Positions 47,671 to 62,770 are shown, counted from the first letter of the whole stretch. The stretch: 63,996 nt of DNA, filler included, from Octopus bimaculoides (GCF_001194135.2; 5 parts of 5 records of this genome joined end to end with filler, not necessarily neighbours in it), one strand, 5' to 3'. Program-made: numbers and translations. The notes: generated by a model not told the origin, from the letters alone.

Positions 47671-48139
47671 GTGGCTGTGTGGTAAGTAGCTTGCTAACCA
47701 ACCACATGGTCCCGGGTTCAGTCCCACTGTGTGGCACCTTGGGCAAGTGTCTTCTACTATAGCCTCGGGCCGACCAAAGCCTTGTGAGTGGATTTGGTAG
47801 ACGGAAATTGAAAGAAGCCCGTCGTATATATGTACATATATATGTGTGTGTATTTGTGTTTGTCCCCCCTAGCATTGCTTGACAAATGATGCTGGTGTGT
47901 TTATGTCCCCGTCACCTAGCGGTTCGGCAAAAGAGACCGATAGAATAAGTACTAGGCTTACAAAGAATAAGTCCCGGGGTTGATTNNNNNNNNNNCCGAT
48001 AGAATAAGTACTAGGCTTACAAAGAATAAGTCCCGGGGTTGATTTGCTCGACTAAAGGCGGTGCTCCAGCATGGCCACAGTCAAATGACTGAAACAAGTA
48101 AAAGAGTAAAGAGACCGAAAAGGGAAAGGGAAGCTTAAA

Positions 48140-48490
48140 AGCGAACAAAAATAAAGGGCACTGAAAAGGAAGTATGATATTGAAAGAAAGGGTCTGAAAG
48201 TAGTAATGGAAGAATTGAAACAGCGCCTTGTTGCAAAGAAAGCAAAGATGGTAAGATACGACCAAAGAATGAAGGGTTACCGAGCAGAATAGGTCATTCA
48301 GAGTAGACCAGAAGAGATTCTATAAAGAAATAAATGGAGAGTGTACAGATGAAAAGTTGATACCAGATAACATTGGAAGTCGAAGGTTTTGGCGTGACAT
48401 CTGGAGCAAAGACAAAGAGAACAAGAAGGATGCTGAATGGTTGCAATAACTGAAACAAACAGTAGTCTGTCCAAAACAGGCAGCTATGTA
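48140..48490 (+). mobile_element. R4/Dong-like LINE ORF fragment upstream of the RT domain
   Basis: ELKQRLVAKKAKMVRYDQR...NRSFRVDQKRFYKEING...RRFWRDIWSK...DAEWL, with a frameshift and stops. Confidence 0.72.
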
Positions 48491-48889
48491 GTTAATGCTG
48501 TAGCATCCCTTTGCTTCATGAATAGTCAAGAAGGAAGGCAAAAATAGCCTAGCTATGGAAAATGAAGAAGGCAAAGATAGTGCATATATATATATATATA
48601 TCATCATCATCATCATCGTTTAACGCCCGCTTTCCATGCTGGCATGGGTTGGACGATTTGACTGAGGACTGGTGAAACCGGATGGCAACACCAGGCTCCA
48701 ATCTAATTTGGCAGAGTTTCTACAGCTGGATGCCCTTCCTAACGCCAACCACTCCAAGAGTGTAGTGGGTGCTTTTATGTGTCACCTGCNNNNNNNNNNN
48801 NNNNNNNNNNNNNNNNNNNNNNNNNNNNNNNNNTTAATTAATTAANNNNNNNNNNNNNNNNNNNNNNNNNNNNNNNNNNNNNNNNNNNN

Positions 48890-48921
<32 letters not shown>

Positions 48922-49927
48922 GAAATTTATAGAAAGACAAAAAGAAACGAAGATAGGTGTATGAACAAACAAGTGTATTAGTTTGACGCTCAGGAAAAAT
49001 GAAAATGTCTTTTATATTTCGCGCCTACGCTCTTCAACAGAAAGGAATAAGAGAAAATAAACCGAAAGAGAATGAAAAAATAACTTGTAGAGTTTAGCGG
49101 TCCTACATGCATATATATGTATGTGTGTGTTTGTATGTATGCATGTATGTACGTACGTATCTATACATACATACACCTATAGACATATATGTATTTCGAA
49201 GTTACATATGTTTGTGTGCTGTTTTTTTTTTAATATTTATGATTTCGTATCTGATGTGTTTCATATAAGATCTGATGTGTTTCATATAAGATCTATGTCT
49301 ATATGCAGCTATTTGATACGTAAGTATATCATTACACGCTCTCGCAAACCTACTCCTCTCTCTCTTTCTATCCTTCTCTCTTATATATATATACACGTAC
49401 AAACAAACAAAAGCTTGTACAAACATCTATATATGTATTTATATATTTGCATGAATTTTATGGCTGATTGTATTGCTGTTCACACGCTCACGCGCAAATA
49501 CGTACGTATATATGCATGTATATATTTGTATCATGTATATATATGTATGTACGCATGCTTGTATATATGTATGTATGTTAACGTGTATGTAAGTTTCAAT
49601 GCGTATTTGTATATGAGTGAGTATCTATTCCTATAAATCTAGGTCTGTGAGATTTACTGATATGCATGTGTTAGTTATGTATAAACTAAAGGACAACTTT
49701 GGCATATAAATACATGTATATCATCATCATCACCACCACCGCCGCCACCACCACAACCACCACCACCACCACCACCATCATCATCATCGATTTGTTTAAT
49801 AAGTTTTTTTTTTCTAATTGTCGCATGAATGTTTTCAAAGTTTTACAAGTTTGCAAATATCTTATATCATGTGCTTACATATGCACACATACACATAAAA
49901 CACAATTATAGACATAGAAATATCAGC

Positions 49928-49967
<40 letters not shown>

Positions 49968-50013
49968 GTACAGATATATAATTATACATGTACATATATC
50001 TTACTGTATAAAG

Positions 50014-50063
<50 letters not shown>

Positions 50064-50146
50064 GCACACATACGTATATACATACACATTTAGACATTCG
50101 GGCATCGACATATGCATATATACATACATACAGATATGTATATATG

Positions 50147-50198
<52 letters not shown>

Positions 50199-50747
50199 TG
50201 TCTGTGTATATATGATATATAATATATATCTATTTATACACATGTAAGCATAATACACTCAGACACACGTACACGCATACATACATGTATACGCACACAT
50301 ACACGACGGCGGTGTGGTTTTGGGTGTTGAATCTACATATGTTAGTCTATGTACAGTGTCACTTCAGCAGTATCAAAAGGCCAGTTAGTGACCATATCTC
50401 TTCACATCTTGCCAACATTCATCCGTACAGTCTCATTGGAGCCGAATTTTGTGATCTTCTATGTATTTGTTTTTCTTCTTCTCTCTAAGGAAGACAAGAC
50501 TTTACTAAAACTTGTGTTAGGGGTCTCGCTATCTGATGTTTGCCCTCTCGATATCTGATACCCATAGTTTTGTGTGAATATATATAAGTTGCGAATATGC
50601 TAGTATTTATGCATAGAGGCGCACGCACGCGCAGGCATAGACGCGCCCCCGCGCACACATACATCATACACACGCCTCTGTAAGTGTGTGTTTGTGTGTA
50701 TGTGTATATAATATATATATAATATATATATATAATATATAATACAT

Positions 50748-50778
<31 letters not shown>

Positions 50779-50795
50779 AACACACACACGCACAA

Positions 50796-50851
<56 letters not shown>

Positions 50852-50957
50852 TACAGAGAGTTTGTGCATATAAACATACGTATGTAAACACAGACGTACC
50901 CCCCACACACACGCAGCCACGTATGCATATATATAAAAATATATGTATATATTATAG

Positions 50958-51001
<44 letters not shown>

Positions 51002-52033
51002 ATAAAAGCAAATATGTATACATAAACACAAATAATCTATATCTATCCATTTTCTCTCTCTTTCTCTCTCTCTCTATACACACACACACACATATATACA
51101 TACATATATATATATATATATACATACATATGCATATATATATGCACACATCCCCCCCCACATATATATATATATATATACATACACATTTGTGTGTGTT
51201 TACGTACACGCACACACACACAGAGGTTTTTTTTTGTATACATACGCATCTATGTTTTATAAGAGCTTTCATGATTCCTCTGTCACTCTCTCTACGTATT
51301 TATGTGCTACTATTTTGTGATCATTGGATTTCGTAGTTGCGTATTTATATGTACACATCTTAAATAAATGTTCGTATATGTTCGTATGTACGTGTTTATA
51401 GTAATCAGACATTGGTACAACATGTACGAGCCGTCTCAGTTAACGAATGCATCCCATAATGTCAGTTGTTGGTTGCTTCGACGAAGGATTTCCGTGGACG
51501 TAAATCTATTTATGTCTGATCTGGTCCATTGGCTCCCCGATCCTCCTCTCCGATTCTATAAGACCAGCTACACCATACTCTCAACAAACTAAAGTAATGG
51601 GTTCTAATATGTTCTGGAGACATCTTTCAATACTAGCATCAAATTTTGGCTCAAGGCCAACAATTTCGGTATTTATTTTATCGACCCCGAAACTATGTAA
51701 GGTAAAATCGATCCTGGCGGCATTCGAACTCACAAAGCGAAGTCGGAAGAAATGCAGCTGTGTATTTTTGTCCGGCTCTGTAACGATTCTACCAGTTGGA
51801 AAATGTCGAAATTTTGAGAGTTAAAGACATCGTATTTTGGTTTGGTTAGCTCATTTGACATTTGGTCCTTGATGGGGTGATTGTGACAGTATGGTTGTAA
51901 TAGTCCGAAGGGAGTTTCTGGTGTAGGGTAAAGATGAGAAATATACAGGTAGGGAAGAAACGAGGGAAAAATGGTGGCCAGCTATCTGTCTTTGTAACAG
52001 AATGATAATGTAACAACGGTGGTCTGATGAGGG

Positions 52034-52310
52034 TGAAGAAGAAGAAGAAGAAGAAGAAGAAGAAGAAGAAGAAGAAGAAGAAGAAGAAGAAGAAGAAGAA
52101 GAAGAAGAAGAAGAAGGTGATAATGATGATGATGATGATGATGATGATGACAACGTCGACGACAACGGTAACAACGAGTTGATGACAACGTCTTCAATAG
52201 CGACATCGATGGTGACGGTTCTGTTACTGCTGCTGCTGCTAAAGACGACGACGGCGATGATGATAATGATAATGATGATGGTGATGATGATGATGATGAC
52301 GACGATGACT

Positions 52311-52351
<41 letters not shown>
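52034..52351 (+). repeat. Compound (GAA)n/(GAT)n/(GAC) microsatellite
   Basis: Direct reading. Confidence 0.95.
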
Positions 52352-52701
52352 CTGTGCTGCGGATTGACGTTAAGGTTGTCTAAACTCTCGCCAATTCTGA
52401 TCGAAAGAAATCTGTGATCAAAAAAGGTGTACCAGCCGTGACAGTCTCGTCTTCTCGGATGTAGTTTATCTCCGATTAGAAGATCGAATATATCCTTCTA
52501 TATTTCAATAAGAGTGTAGTGTACGATTTCAAATGGATTCAACTGCTAGTTCTAGTAGATCAAGCAGCCATTCGTGGTGTTCGTGGTGTTGTAGCGAGTG
52601 CTAATAGGGTTTGTGTGAGATGTAGATGTGAGATGTGTTGGTCAGGATTAGCCACAGGTGAAAAGGTGAAGCAGTGGGTTGTGGGTTACAAAGAAAATTA
52701 A

Positions 52702-52759
<58 letters not shown>

Positions 52760-54751
52760 GTGCATGTGTGAGATAGAGAGAAGGAGAGTATGTATGAGAT
52801 AGAAAGAGAGAGGGAGAGAGAGAAAGTAAAGGAGAGTGAGAAACATATGCGCCTGTTTCTCAGTTGTTTGGTTCTCTTGTAAACACCATGCAGATTGGAA
52901 TGTATGGTTAATGATAATTAACTGATTACAAACATACTTAATATGTACAGGCTGCTCGTGTGCGTGTGTGCGTGTGTGTAAGTGTGTATGTGTCTTTTTT
53001 TAGATATACATGTCTCTGTATGGACGCATGTATGTTGCATGTGTAGATAGCGTTCCGTCTGGTCTGGTTGTTTATATTTATGCCATGATACATATGTTGA
53101 TATTTTCTGGGTTTCTATCCACATATCTATACATATGTATGTATTTATCTAAACGTGAACAACAGCGTCGTTATTTGTGGGTTTCTAATGTTTCATTCAG
53201 TGATATATGTGCTGGATTTCTGAGGGCCAGAGTGAGAAGTGAGAGTCCTGCAGTTCCAATCAAAAGAACTAATAATGCAAAGTGTTTTTTCTTTTTTGTC
53301 CAAAGTGCACTGATTTTCTGTTTCGGCTTTCATCGGGTCTCATATATTTTTGCCACACACACACACACACACACGCACATATGATAACTGAAGCTTGATT
53401 TCGAGCCTTGCAATCGCTTGATAGCTCATTTGAAGCAACACGAGAGTAACTTTGCAGTCCTTGAGGCAACAACTGACGTGTCTTGCAGCAAGTGCTTTGC
53501 ACAGGGTCACATACCTACATATATATATATATATATATATANNNNNNNNNNNNNNNNNNNNNNNNNNNNNNNNNNNNNNNNNNNNNNNNNNNNNNNNNNN
53601 NNNNNNNNNNNNNNNNNNNNNNNNNNNNNNNNNNNNNNNNNNNNNNNNNNNNNNNNNNNNNNNNNNNNNNNNNNNNNNNNNNNNNNNNNNNNNNNNNNNN
53701 NNNNNNNNNNNNNNNNNNNNNNNNNNNNNNNNNNNNNNNNNNNNNNNNNNNNNNNNNNNNNNNNNNNNNNNNNNNNNNNNNNNNNNNNNNNNNNNNNNNN
53801 NNNNNNNNNNNNNNNNNNNNNNNNNNNNNNNNNNNNNNNNNNNNNNNNNNNNNNNNNNNNNNNNNNNNNNNNNNNNNNNNNNNNNNNNNNNNNNNNNNNN
53901 NNNNNNNNNNNNNNNNNNNNNNNNNNNNNNNNNNNNNNNNNNNNNNNNNNNNNNNNNNNNNNNNNNNNNNNNNNNNNNNNNNNNNNNNNNNNNNNNNNNN
54001 NNNNNNNNNNNNNNNNNNNNNNNNNNNNNNNNNNNNNNNNNNNNNNNNNNNNNNNNNNNNNNNNNNNNNNNNNNNNNNNNNNNNNNNNNNNNNNNNNNNN
54101 NNNNNNNNNNNNNNNNNNNNNNNNNNNNNNNNNNNNNNNNNNNTCATAAATATATATAATTTATATAAGGGCATTAACTATATAGTAATGCCTCACGCTC
54201 AGAGGGACTAAATAAGTCAAAAGCTACCAAAATATAAGCAACATATTTACCGAAAGCGAGGAAATGCAGCTTTCAAAATTAATCTCTTAAAAACATTTAA
54301 CTTAACGGTAAACCACTGGTTTCTCAATCAATACAGAAAAACTGTGAAGTAACCTGCATCTTTTGTTCATCAGTACACGTATGGTCGAGACACATAAAAA
54401 TAAACAAGAATCAACATACCACGATGTACCCAACACAGTACGATGACTTCTGTCCATAATTATATATCCGTGAAAGAGATTTGAATTTATCCGGTTGCAT
54501 CTCAGTAACATGTGCTTATACAGAATAATATTAATAATAAATGGTACAAAAACAAACTAAGAAAAAACCCCAACTAAATAACATGGCATTACATTGGCCA
54601 TTTTTGCTCTATTTCGCAGTGTAAGTTGCGTTGTTTGCTGTCGGCTGTAATCCAAGAACCTGTTAACATCGATACTGTACTGACATGTCACGCCAAGATC
54701 ATGTATTTGGACAGAAAATACTGAGTAGTTTCCTGATATCAGGCTTGTATG

Positions 54752-54785
<34 letters not shown>

Positions 54786-54911
54786 ACGTTGAAGTAATGG
54801 TAGCTAATGACATTATCAAGATTATACACGTGTGTATATATATATCTATGTATGAGTATATACAAACGTACAGACAGACAGACGCATATACACACACATA
54901 TGTATATGTAT

Positions 54912-54982
<71 letters not shown>

Positions 54983-55070
54983 AATACATAAATACACACA
55001 CATAATATATATAAATATACATGCATATATACGTATATATATATATATATATATATACATCTATGTGGAC

Positions 55071-55106
<36 letters not shown>

Positions 55107-57055
55107 ATATATACATACACACAATTACGTGTATGTATGTATGTATGTATGTACACAAGTTTATAATACCATCAACGCTTCTGCAAGCACCACCTCTGCT
55201 CCATCTAACGTTCACAGAAGCAACTTTGTCATCAACATCGAGGTCTTCGAAATGGCGGAAACAAACACCATGTAAGTGGCTGTTAAATTCACACCTGCTG
55301 GCCTTCAGGGGCAGCCAGATGCTGTGACGTTGCTATTCTAGACATGTACGTACGAGGTTATGTATGACTGTATGTATATATATANNNNNNNNNNNNNNNN
55401 NNNNNNNNNNNNNNNNNNNNNNNNNNNNNNNNNNNNNNNNNNNNNNNNNNNNNNNNNNNNNNNNNNNNNNNNNNNNNNNNNNNNNNNNNNNNNNNNNNNN
55501 NNNNNNNNNNNNNNNNNNNNNNNNNNNNNNNNNNNNNNNNNNNNNNNNNNNNNNNNNNNNNNNNNNNNNNNNNNNNNNNNNNNNNNNNNNNNNNNNNNNN
55601 NNNNNNNNNNNNNNNNNNNNNNNNNNNNNNNNNNNNNNNNNNNNNNNNNNNNNNNNNNNNNNNNNNNNNNNNNNNNNNNNNNNNNNNNNNNNNNNNNNNN
55701 NNNNNNNNNNNNNNNNNNNNNNNNNNNNNNNNNNNNNNNNNNNNNNNNNNNNNNNNNNNNNNNNNNNNNNNNNNNNNNNNNNNNNNNNNNNNNNNNNNNN
55801 NNNNNNNNNNNNNNNNNNNNNNNNNNNNNNNNNNNNNNNNNNNNNNNNNNNNNNNNNNNNNNNNNNNNNNNNNNNNNNNNNNNNNNNNNNNNNNNNNNNN
55901 NNNNNNNNNNNNNNNNNNNNNNNNNNNNNNNNNNNNNNNNNNNNNNNNNNNNNNNNNNNNNNNNNNNNNNNNNNNNNNNNNNNNNNNNNNNNNNNNNNNN
56001 NNNNNNNNNNNNNNNNNNNNNNNNNNNNNNNNNNNNNNNNNNNNNNNNNNNNNNNNNNNNNNNNNNNNNNNNNNNNNNNNNNNNNNNNNNNNNNNNNNNN
56101 NNNNNNNNNNNNNNNNNNNNNNNNNNNNNNNNNNNNNNNNNNNNNNNNNNNNNNNNNNNNNNNNNNNNNNNNNNNNNNNNNNNNNNNNNNNNNNNNNNNN
56201 NNNNNNNNNNNNNNNNNNCGTTGTGAGTGTTTATTGCGCGAAAACACATAAAGCTCCACGAGGCTCCGGCAGGGGATGGTGGCGAACCCTGCTGTACTCT
56301 TTCACCACAACTTTCTCTCTTACTTCCTCTTTCTGTTGTGCCTGTAATTCAAAGGGTCAGCCTTGACACGCTGTGTCACGCTGAATCTCCCCGAGAACTA
56401 CGTTAAGGGTACCCGTGTCTGTGGAGTGCTCAGCCACTTGCACGTTAATTTCACGAGCAGGCTGTTCCGTTGATCGGATCAACTGGAACCCTCGGCGTCG
56501 TAAGCGACGGAGTGCCAACAACATACGTTATTTGCAACGAAGGAAGGAAAAGAGTAGACAATATATGGCGTACAGTATGGTTTATTCGATTGTTATCTTC
56601 TATCAATATTTTAAAGTTTCGCGAATTTCGTAGTATTCCTTTATTATGTAGTGTACTTGAGAACACTTTATTTCTACGGTAGCAATGGTACTTGGCAGTG
56701 GTTCTCAACCGGGGTCCATATGTCCCCTGAGAGTTCAAATAAGATTGCTGGGGGTCCATAAACTATATATGTCGGTATAATTGAATATATTCGCATATAT
56801 GCACACACACATACATACGTACATACATACATACATACATACATGCATGCATACACATATAGATCACTGACCACTGCACACATTTTTTTTCTCTCCTTCT
56901 TTCTCTCCTTGTTATTTCTGTGTTCCTTTCTGTTGAAGAGCGTAGGCTCGAAACATTAAAGACTTTTTCAATTCCCGAGCGTTATACTAATACATCTATC
57001 TGTTTTCTACACCACTTGTCTTCGTCTGTTGTTTTTTTGTGAATTCTCCCTATAC

Positions 57056-57097
<42 letters not shown>

Positions 57098-57913
57098 NNN
57101 NNNNNNNNNNNNNNNNNNNNNNNNNNNNNNNNNNNNNNNNNNNNNNNNNNNNNNNNNNNNNNNNNNNNNNNNNNNNNNNNNNNNNNNNNNNNNNNNNNNN
57201 NNNNNNNNNNNNNNNNNNNNNNNNNNNNNNNNNNNNNNNNNNNNNNNNNNNNNNNNNNNNNNNNNNNNNNNNNNNNNNNNNNNNNNNNNNNNNNNNNNNN
57301 NNNNNNNNNNNNNNNNNNNNNNNNNNNNNNNNNNNNNNNNNNNNNNNNNNNNNNNNNNNNNNNNNNNNNNNNNNNNNNNNNNNNNNNNNNNNNNNNNNNN
57401 NNNNNNNNNNNNNNNNNNNNNNNNNNNNNNNNNNNNNNNNNNNNNNNNNNNNNNNNNNNNNNNNNNNNNNNNNNNNNNNNNNNNNNNNNNNNNNNNNNNN
57501 NNNNNNNNNNNNNNNNNNNNNNNNNNNNNNNNNNNNNNNNNNNNNNNNNNNNNNNNNNNNNNNNNNNNNNNNNNNNNNNNNNNNNNNNNNNNNNNNNNNN
57601 NNNNNNNNNNNNNNNNNNNNNNNNNNNNNNNNNNNNNNNNNNNNNNNNNNNNNNNNNNNNNNNNNNNNNNNNNNNNNNNNNNNNNNNNNNNNNNNNNNNN
57701 NNNNNNNNNNNNNNNNNNNNNNNNNNNNNNNNNNNNNNNNNNNNNNNNNNNNNNNNNNNNNNNNNNNNNNNNNNNNNNNNNNNNNNNNNNNNNNNNNNNN
57801 NNNNNNNNNNNNNNNNNNNNNNNNNNNNNNNNNNNNNNNNNNNNNNNNNNNNNNNNNNNNNNNNNNNNNNNNNNNNNNNNNNNNNNNNNNNNNNNNNNNN
57901 NNNNNNNNNNNNN

Positions 57914-57970
<57 letters not shown>

Positions 57971-60373
57971 TACACGCAGGCAGTGCTTAGCAACCATCAC
58001 ATTCCAACGTCGTGCAAACACAACGCGATCTTTGTCCAGTGGAGAAAACCTTGCTAAGTTGGGAGGCAATGGTGCACTTAATGAATTGTACAATTCCTGT
58101 TCTGCCTGGTTCTGTTGTTATTGTGGTTGTTGCTTGATTGAAACCATTCCAGCCGTGACAATCCCATCTTTTTTAAGTTTCTCTCGGACAATGAATATTT
58201 TACATTAATTATAAATTCAAGGTTTTGGCTGCTATTTCAAGGCAACGTATTGGCAGAGTCGTTAAAACGTCGCACGAAATGCACGCATTTCATAATTTAT
58301 TCTGAAGCCCTGCATCGTAAGTTCAAATCTTGCTGAAGCCAAATCTGCCTTTTATCATTATGCGTTTGATAAGTAGATAAAATAAAGTGCCAATCGGGAG
58401 CATTGGACTGGTGACATCGTTAGAGCTTCGGAAGAAAGACTTCGCAGAGTTTGCTTTGCATCTAGCGGGACCTAATCTGGAGTCTGAGAAATCCTGGGAG
58501 CTCCAAAAGTAATAAATGATGTCCGTGATCTGAGCTAAATATCTTAAAAAGCCGCATTTTGCGAATGAGAAAGACTAGATCCCGGTTCGGTAAAAATGAT
58601 CGCTAGAATACGTAGAAGATTCAAAAATAAATACAGTGATCGTACTGTTTGAAAAAACCCATTGAAGGCGGTGTCCCAGCATGGCCGCAGTCTAACGAGT
58701 GAAACGGGATCTTTTTTAAAACGGGGGCCACATTTTTCATTAACGAAACACTTTGAAACTCGGAACACTGGTAGAATGTGTCATATAAAACATCTTTTTC
58801 TCTTAGTCTTCTTTAAAAAAAAAGAAATCCCTAAGTTATTCCATGTTAAAGTTGTCGTATTTCTGTAATTTCAACCAATCACTNNNNNNNNNNNNNNNNN
58901 NNNNNNNNNNNNNNNNNNNNNNNNNNNNNNNNNNNNNNNNNNNNNNNNNNNNNNNNNNNNNNNNNNNNNNNNNNNNNNNNNNNNNNNNNNNNNNNNNNNN
59001 NNNNNNNNNNNNNNNNNNNNNNNNNNNNNNNNNNNNNNNNNNNNNNNNNNNNNNNNNNNNNNNNNNNNNNNNNNNNNNNNNNNNNNNNNNNNNNNNNNNN
59101 NNNNNNNNNNNNNNNNNNNNNNNNNNNNNNNNNNNNNNNNNNNNNNNNNNNNNNNNNNNNNNNNNNNNNNNNNNNNNNNNNNNNNNNNNNNNNNNNNNNN
59201 NNNNNNNNNNNNNNNNNNNNNNNNNNNNNNNNNNNNNNNNNNNNNNNNNNNNNNNNNNNNNNNNNNNNNNNNNNNNNNNNNNNNNNNNNNNNNNNNNNNN
59301 NNNNNNNNNNNNNNNNNNNNNNNNNNNNNNNNNNNNNNNNNNNNNNNNNNNNNNNNNNNNNNNNNNNNNNNNNNNNNNNNNNNNNNNNNNNNNNNNNNNN
59401 NNNNNNNNNNNNNNNNNNNNNNNTGTGTGTGTGTATGTATGTATGTATGTATGTATGTGCATGTGTGTCTGTGTGTGTGTGTGTGTGTGTGCGTTCGTAA
59501 AAGCGAGCGAAGCTGGACGTGTATTAATTTTACCTGAATGAAGCGCATGATTAGGGTTACAAGGTAAAATAGACTTACAAATGAAGGCACGGGAGTTAGA
59601 ATGTGTGCGAGAGGTTGAGATAGAGGGAGGGAGAGAAAGAGAGAGGGATAGAGAGAGGGATAGAGATTTAGAGGGAGGGAGAGAGAAGGGTGGAGACGGG
59701 GATAAAGTCTAGGAGTGTGGTAGACGAGGAAATGAGAGACAAGAGATAAAGAGATAAGGAATTTTGTGAGATAAAGGAAGGAGAGAGGGTAAGTAAATGG
59801 AAGAGGAAGAGAGAGAGAGAGAGAGAANNNNNNNNNNNNNNNNNNNNNNNNNNNNNNNNNNNNNNNNNNNNNNNNNNNNNNNNNNNNNNNNNNNNNNNNN
59901 NNNNNNNNNNNNNNNNNNNNNNNNNNNNNNNNNNNNNNNNNNNNNNNNNNNNNNNNNNNNNNNNNNNNNNNNNNNNNNNNNNNNNNNNNNNNNNNNNNNN
60001 NNNNNNNNNNNNNNNNNNNNNNNNNNNNNNNNNNNNNNNNNNNNNNNNNNNNNNNNNNNNNNNNNNNNNNNNNNNNNNNNNNNNNNNNNNNNNNNNNNNN
60101 NNNNNNNNNNNNNNNNNNNNNNNNNNNNNNNNNNNNNNNNNNNNNNNNNNNNNNNNNNNNNNNNNNNNNNNNNNNNNNNNNNNNNNNNNNNNNNNNNNNN
60201 NNNNNNNNNNNNNNNNNNNNNNNNNNNNNNNNNNNNNNNNNNNNNNNNNNNNNNNNNNNGTGTGTTAAAAGGCGGGATAATATAAAGAACATGTGAACCA
60301 TTTCAATCAGACAACGTTTCTTAAACAATGTGGATTTCACAGTGTACTTCCTGTATAGGATAATACCTTTATT

Positions 60374-60427
<54 letters not shown>

Positions 60428-62251
60428 TGCGTGTACAAAACACTTACAATCTCTCACACCGATGTGATAGGCAAACATATTGACACAGGAGTTGGATATA
60501 GGTTTTGTTTGCGCCTCTTCTGTATGTACACGTATGTTTCTCAGTTCTTTCATTCAATGCTTTAAATTGTTTTAGATATCGAGGTCAAGCTCATACTGGG
60601 GCATCGCCTTCATTAATTGAATGTTCTGTCTCTCGTTTTGTCTCCGTGGTAACGTTCGAGGAAGCGAGGTGGGTGGGTGTTGGTGGGCGAAGAATATCTT
60701 CAGTGTCTTTTTTCTTTTTTTTACATTTTCGTGTTTTTTTTTTCTTTCATTCCTTCTGGCTGTCCATTATATCTCTTGTTGGTTGGTAGATCAACGAATT
60801 GGTGGAATCGGTTCTGCTTTGGTTGTAAAATGGTTCATCTGGGTTGATGTAGAGTGTTTCAGCTAAATGCTGTGATTCTTACAACTGATAAATACTGCTC
60901 TTTTGTCTTTTTTCTTCCCCACTTCCAAAGGAAAGAATGGTGTAGGCGAGGTTGTGTGGTAAGAAGCTTGCTTCTCAACCACATTGTTCTGGGTTCAGTC
61001 TCACTGTGTGGAATCTTGGGCAAGAATCTTATGACAGAATATTTAATGTCCACTCTGATTGCACTAGTACTTTCATGCATTAAACTATGCAATCTTCAGG
61101 TTCATGTAGTAGTAGTGATAGTTATATTTTACACTTTACATATAAGTATATTTATTCATGCATACATTTCCAGAAGTGGCTCTGACGAAAGTATTATTAT
61201 ATGTCATGACCATTGATTTTGACTTGTTTCTTATACACACACAAACACACACACACATATATATGTGTGTGTGTGTGTGTCTGTGTATATATGTATATTC
61301 CTTTACTCTTTTACTTGTTTCAGTCTTTTGACTGTGGCCATGCTGGAGCACCGCCTTTAGTCGAGCAAATCGACCCCAGGACTTATTCTTTGGAAGCCTA
61401 GTACTTATTCTTTCGGTCTCTTTTGCCGAACCGCTAAGTTACGGGGACATAAACACACCAGCATCGGTTGTCAAGCGATGTTGAGGGGACAAACACAGAC
61501 ATACAAACACATACACACATACATATATATATATATACATACATACGACAGGCTTCTTTCAGTTTCCGTCTACCAAATCCACTCACAGGGCATTGGTCGG
61601 CCCGAGGCTATAGTAGAAGGCACTTGCCCAAGATGCCACGCAGTGGGACTGAACCCGGGACCATTTGNNNNNNNNNNNNNNNNNNNNNNNNNNNNNNNNN
61701 NNNNNNNNNNNTTAATTAATTAANNNNNNNNNNNNNNNNNNNNNNNNNNNNNNNNNNNNNNNNNNNNATGCCACCGGAGATAAAGTTTTTAAACGTACAT
61801 ACTTAAGCAGACCCCCCCCACACACACACACATATATATATATATGACGGCCTTTTTTCAGTGTCCGCCAAATTCATTCAAAAGTCTTTGGTCAGCCCGA
61901 GGCTATAGTAGAAGACACTCGCCTAAGGTGCCACACTGAACCCGAAACCATGCCGCTGGGAAGCATGTTAGAAGTATAGTGCACTGATATATCTGGTATA
62001 CATTCTATGCGACATGGACAGGACAGCTAATGTCCAGCAAGGGCCGGGAGAATTTACCTGTCCAGCGGAACCAGAAAATCACAAAGCTTAACAGCACTTC
62101 ATATTTGATCTACCTGTGTCACAGTGATTGCGGTATCGTTGACGGGCGAAGGACCAGCGGTCCTCATGTTGCCAGTTACTCATTTAAGCAACACTGCAAC
62201 AGCTGGTACAATAATCTACAATGCAGACGATTACACGTATTCTATTTGTTG

Positions 62252-62514
62252 TGTCGACACCCCCCAGGCGAAGAAGTAGGATCTCCCAAGACATATAAAT
62301 AGAGGTAGTCTGACCGTGGTAGGAGTGTTGAGTAGCAGTCGAGTAGCAGTTGTGTAGCGGTTGAGTGGAGATCATCCGAAGGTGCCAGATAGCAGTAGCG
62401 TTGAGACATAACATTATTAAAAGTCTTCAAACCAATCTTGTGTAGCCTATGCAATAAACCGGCAGTCAGGAGTTTCCTTTGGCCATGTCAGACTCGCCAT
62501 TGAGTTTGAAGACA
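62252..62514 (+). mobile_element. Solo LTR (263 bp)
   Basis: TGTC...GACA termini, 4-bp TSD GTTG on both sides, TATAAATA at 62294, AATAAA at 62453. Confidence 0.7.
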
Positions 62515-62654
62515 GTTGTGATGAGTGGCGCATATTTCTTAAGTCTGTAGTAGAAGGTGTATTGCGTTCTCGGGTATTTATTATACTTTTCTGCTTGCTA
62601 TCTTGGGCTTTCTTTGTGTGTTGTGTCTTTTTACGGTTGCCTGGCGCAAACTGC

Positions 62655-62704
<50 letters not shown>

Positions 62705-62732
62705 CTTTAGAGAGACTTAGAAATATTAATAA

Positions 62733-62770
<38 letters not shown>

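Noticed and set aside
825-60553. Long ORFs in the track made of X runs or YI/CV/HT/poly-L/poly-S repeats
   Set aside because: Artefacts of N gaps and microsatellites.
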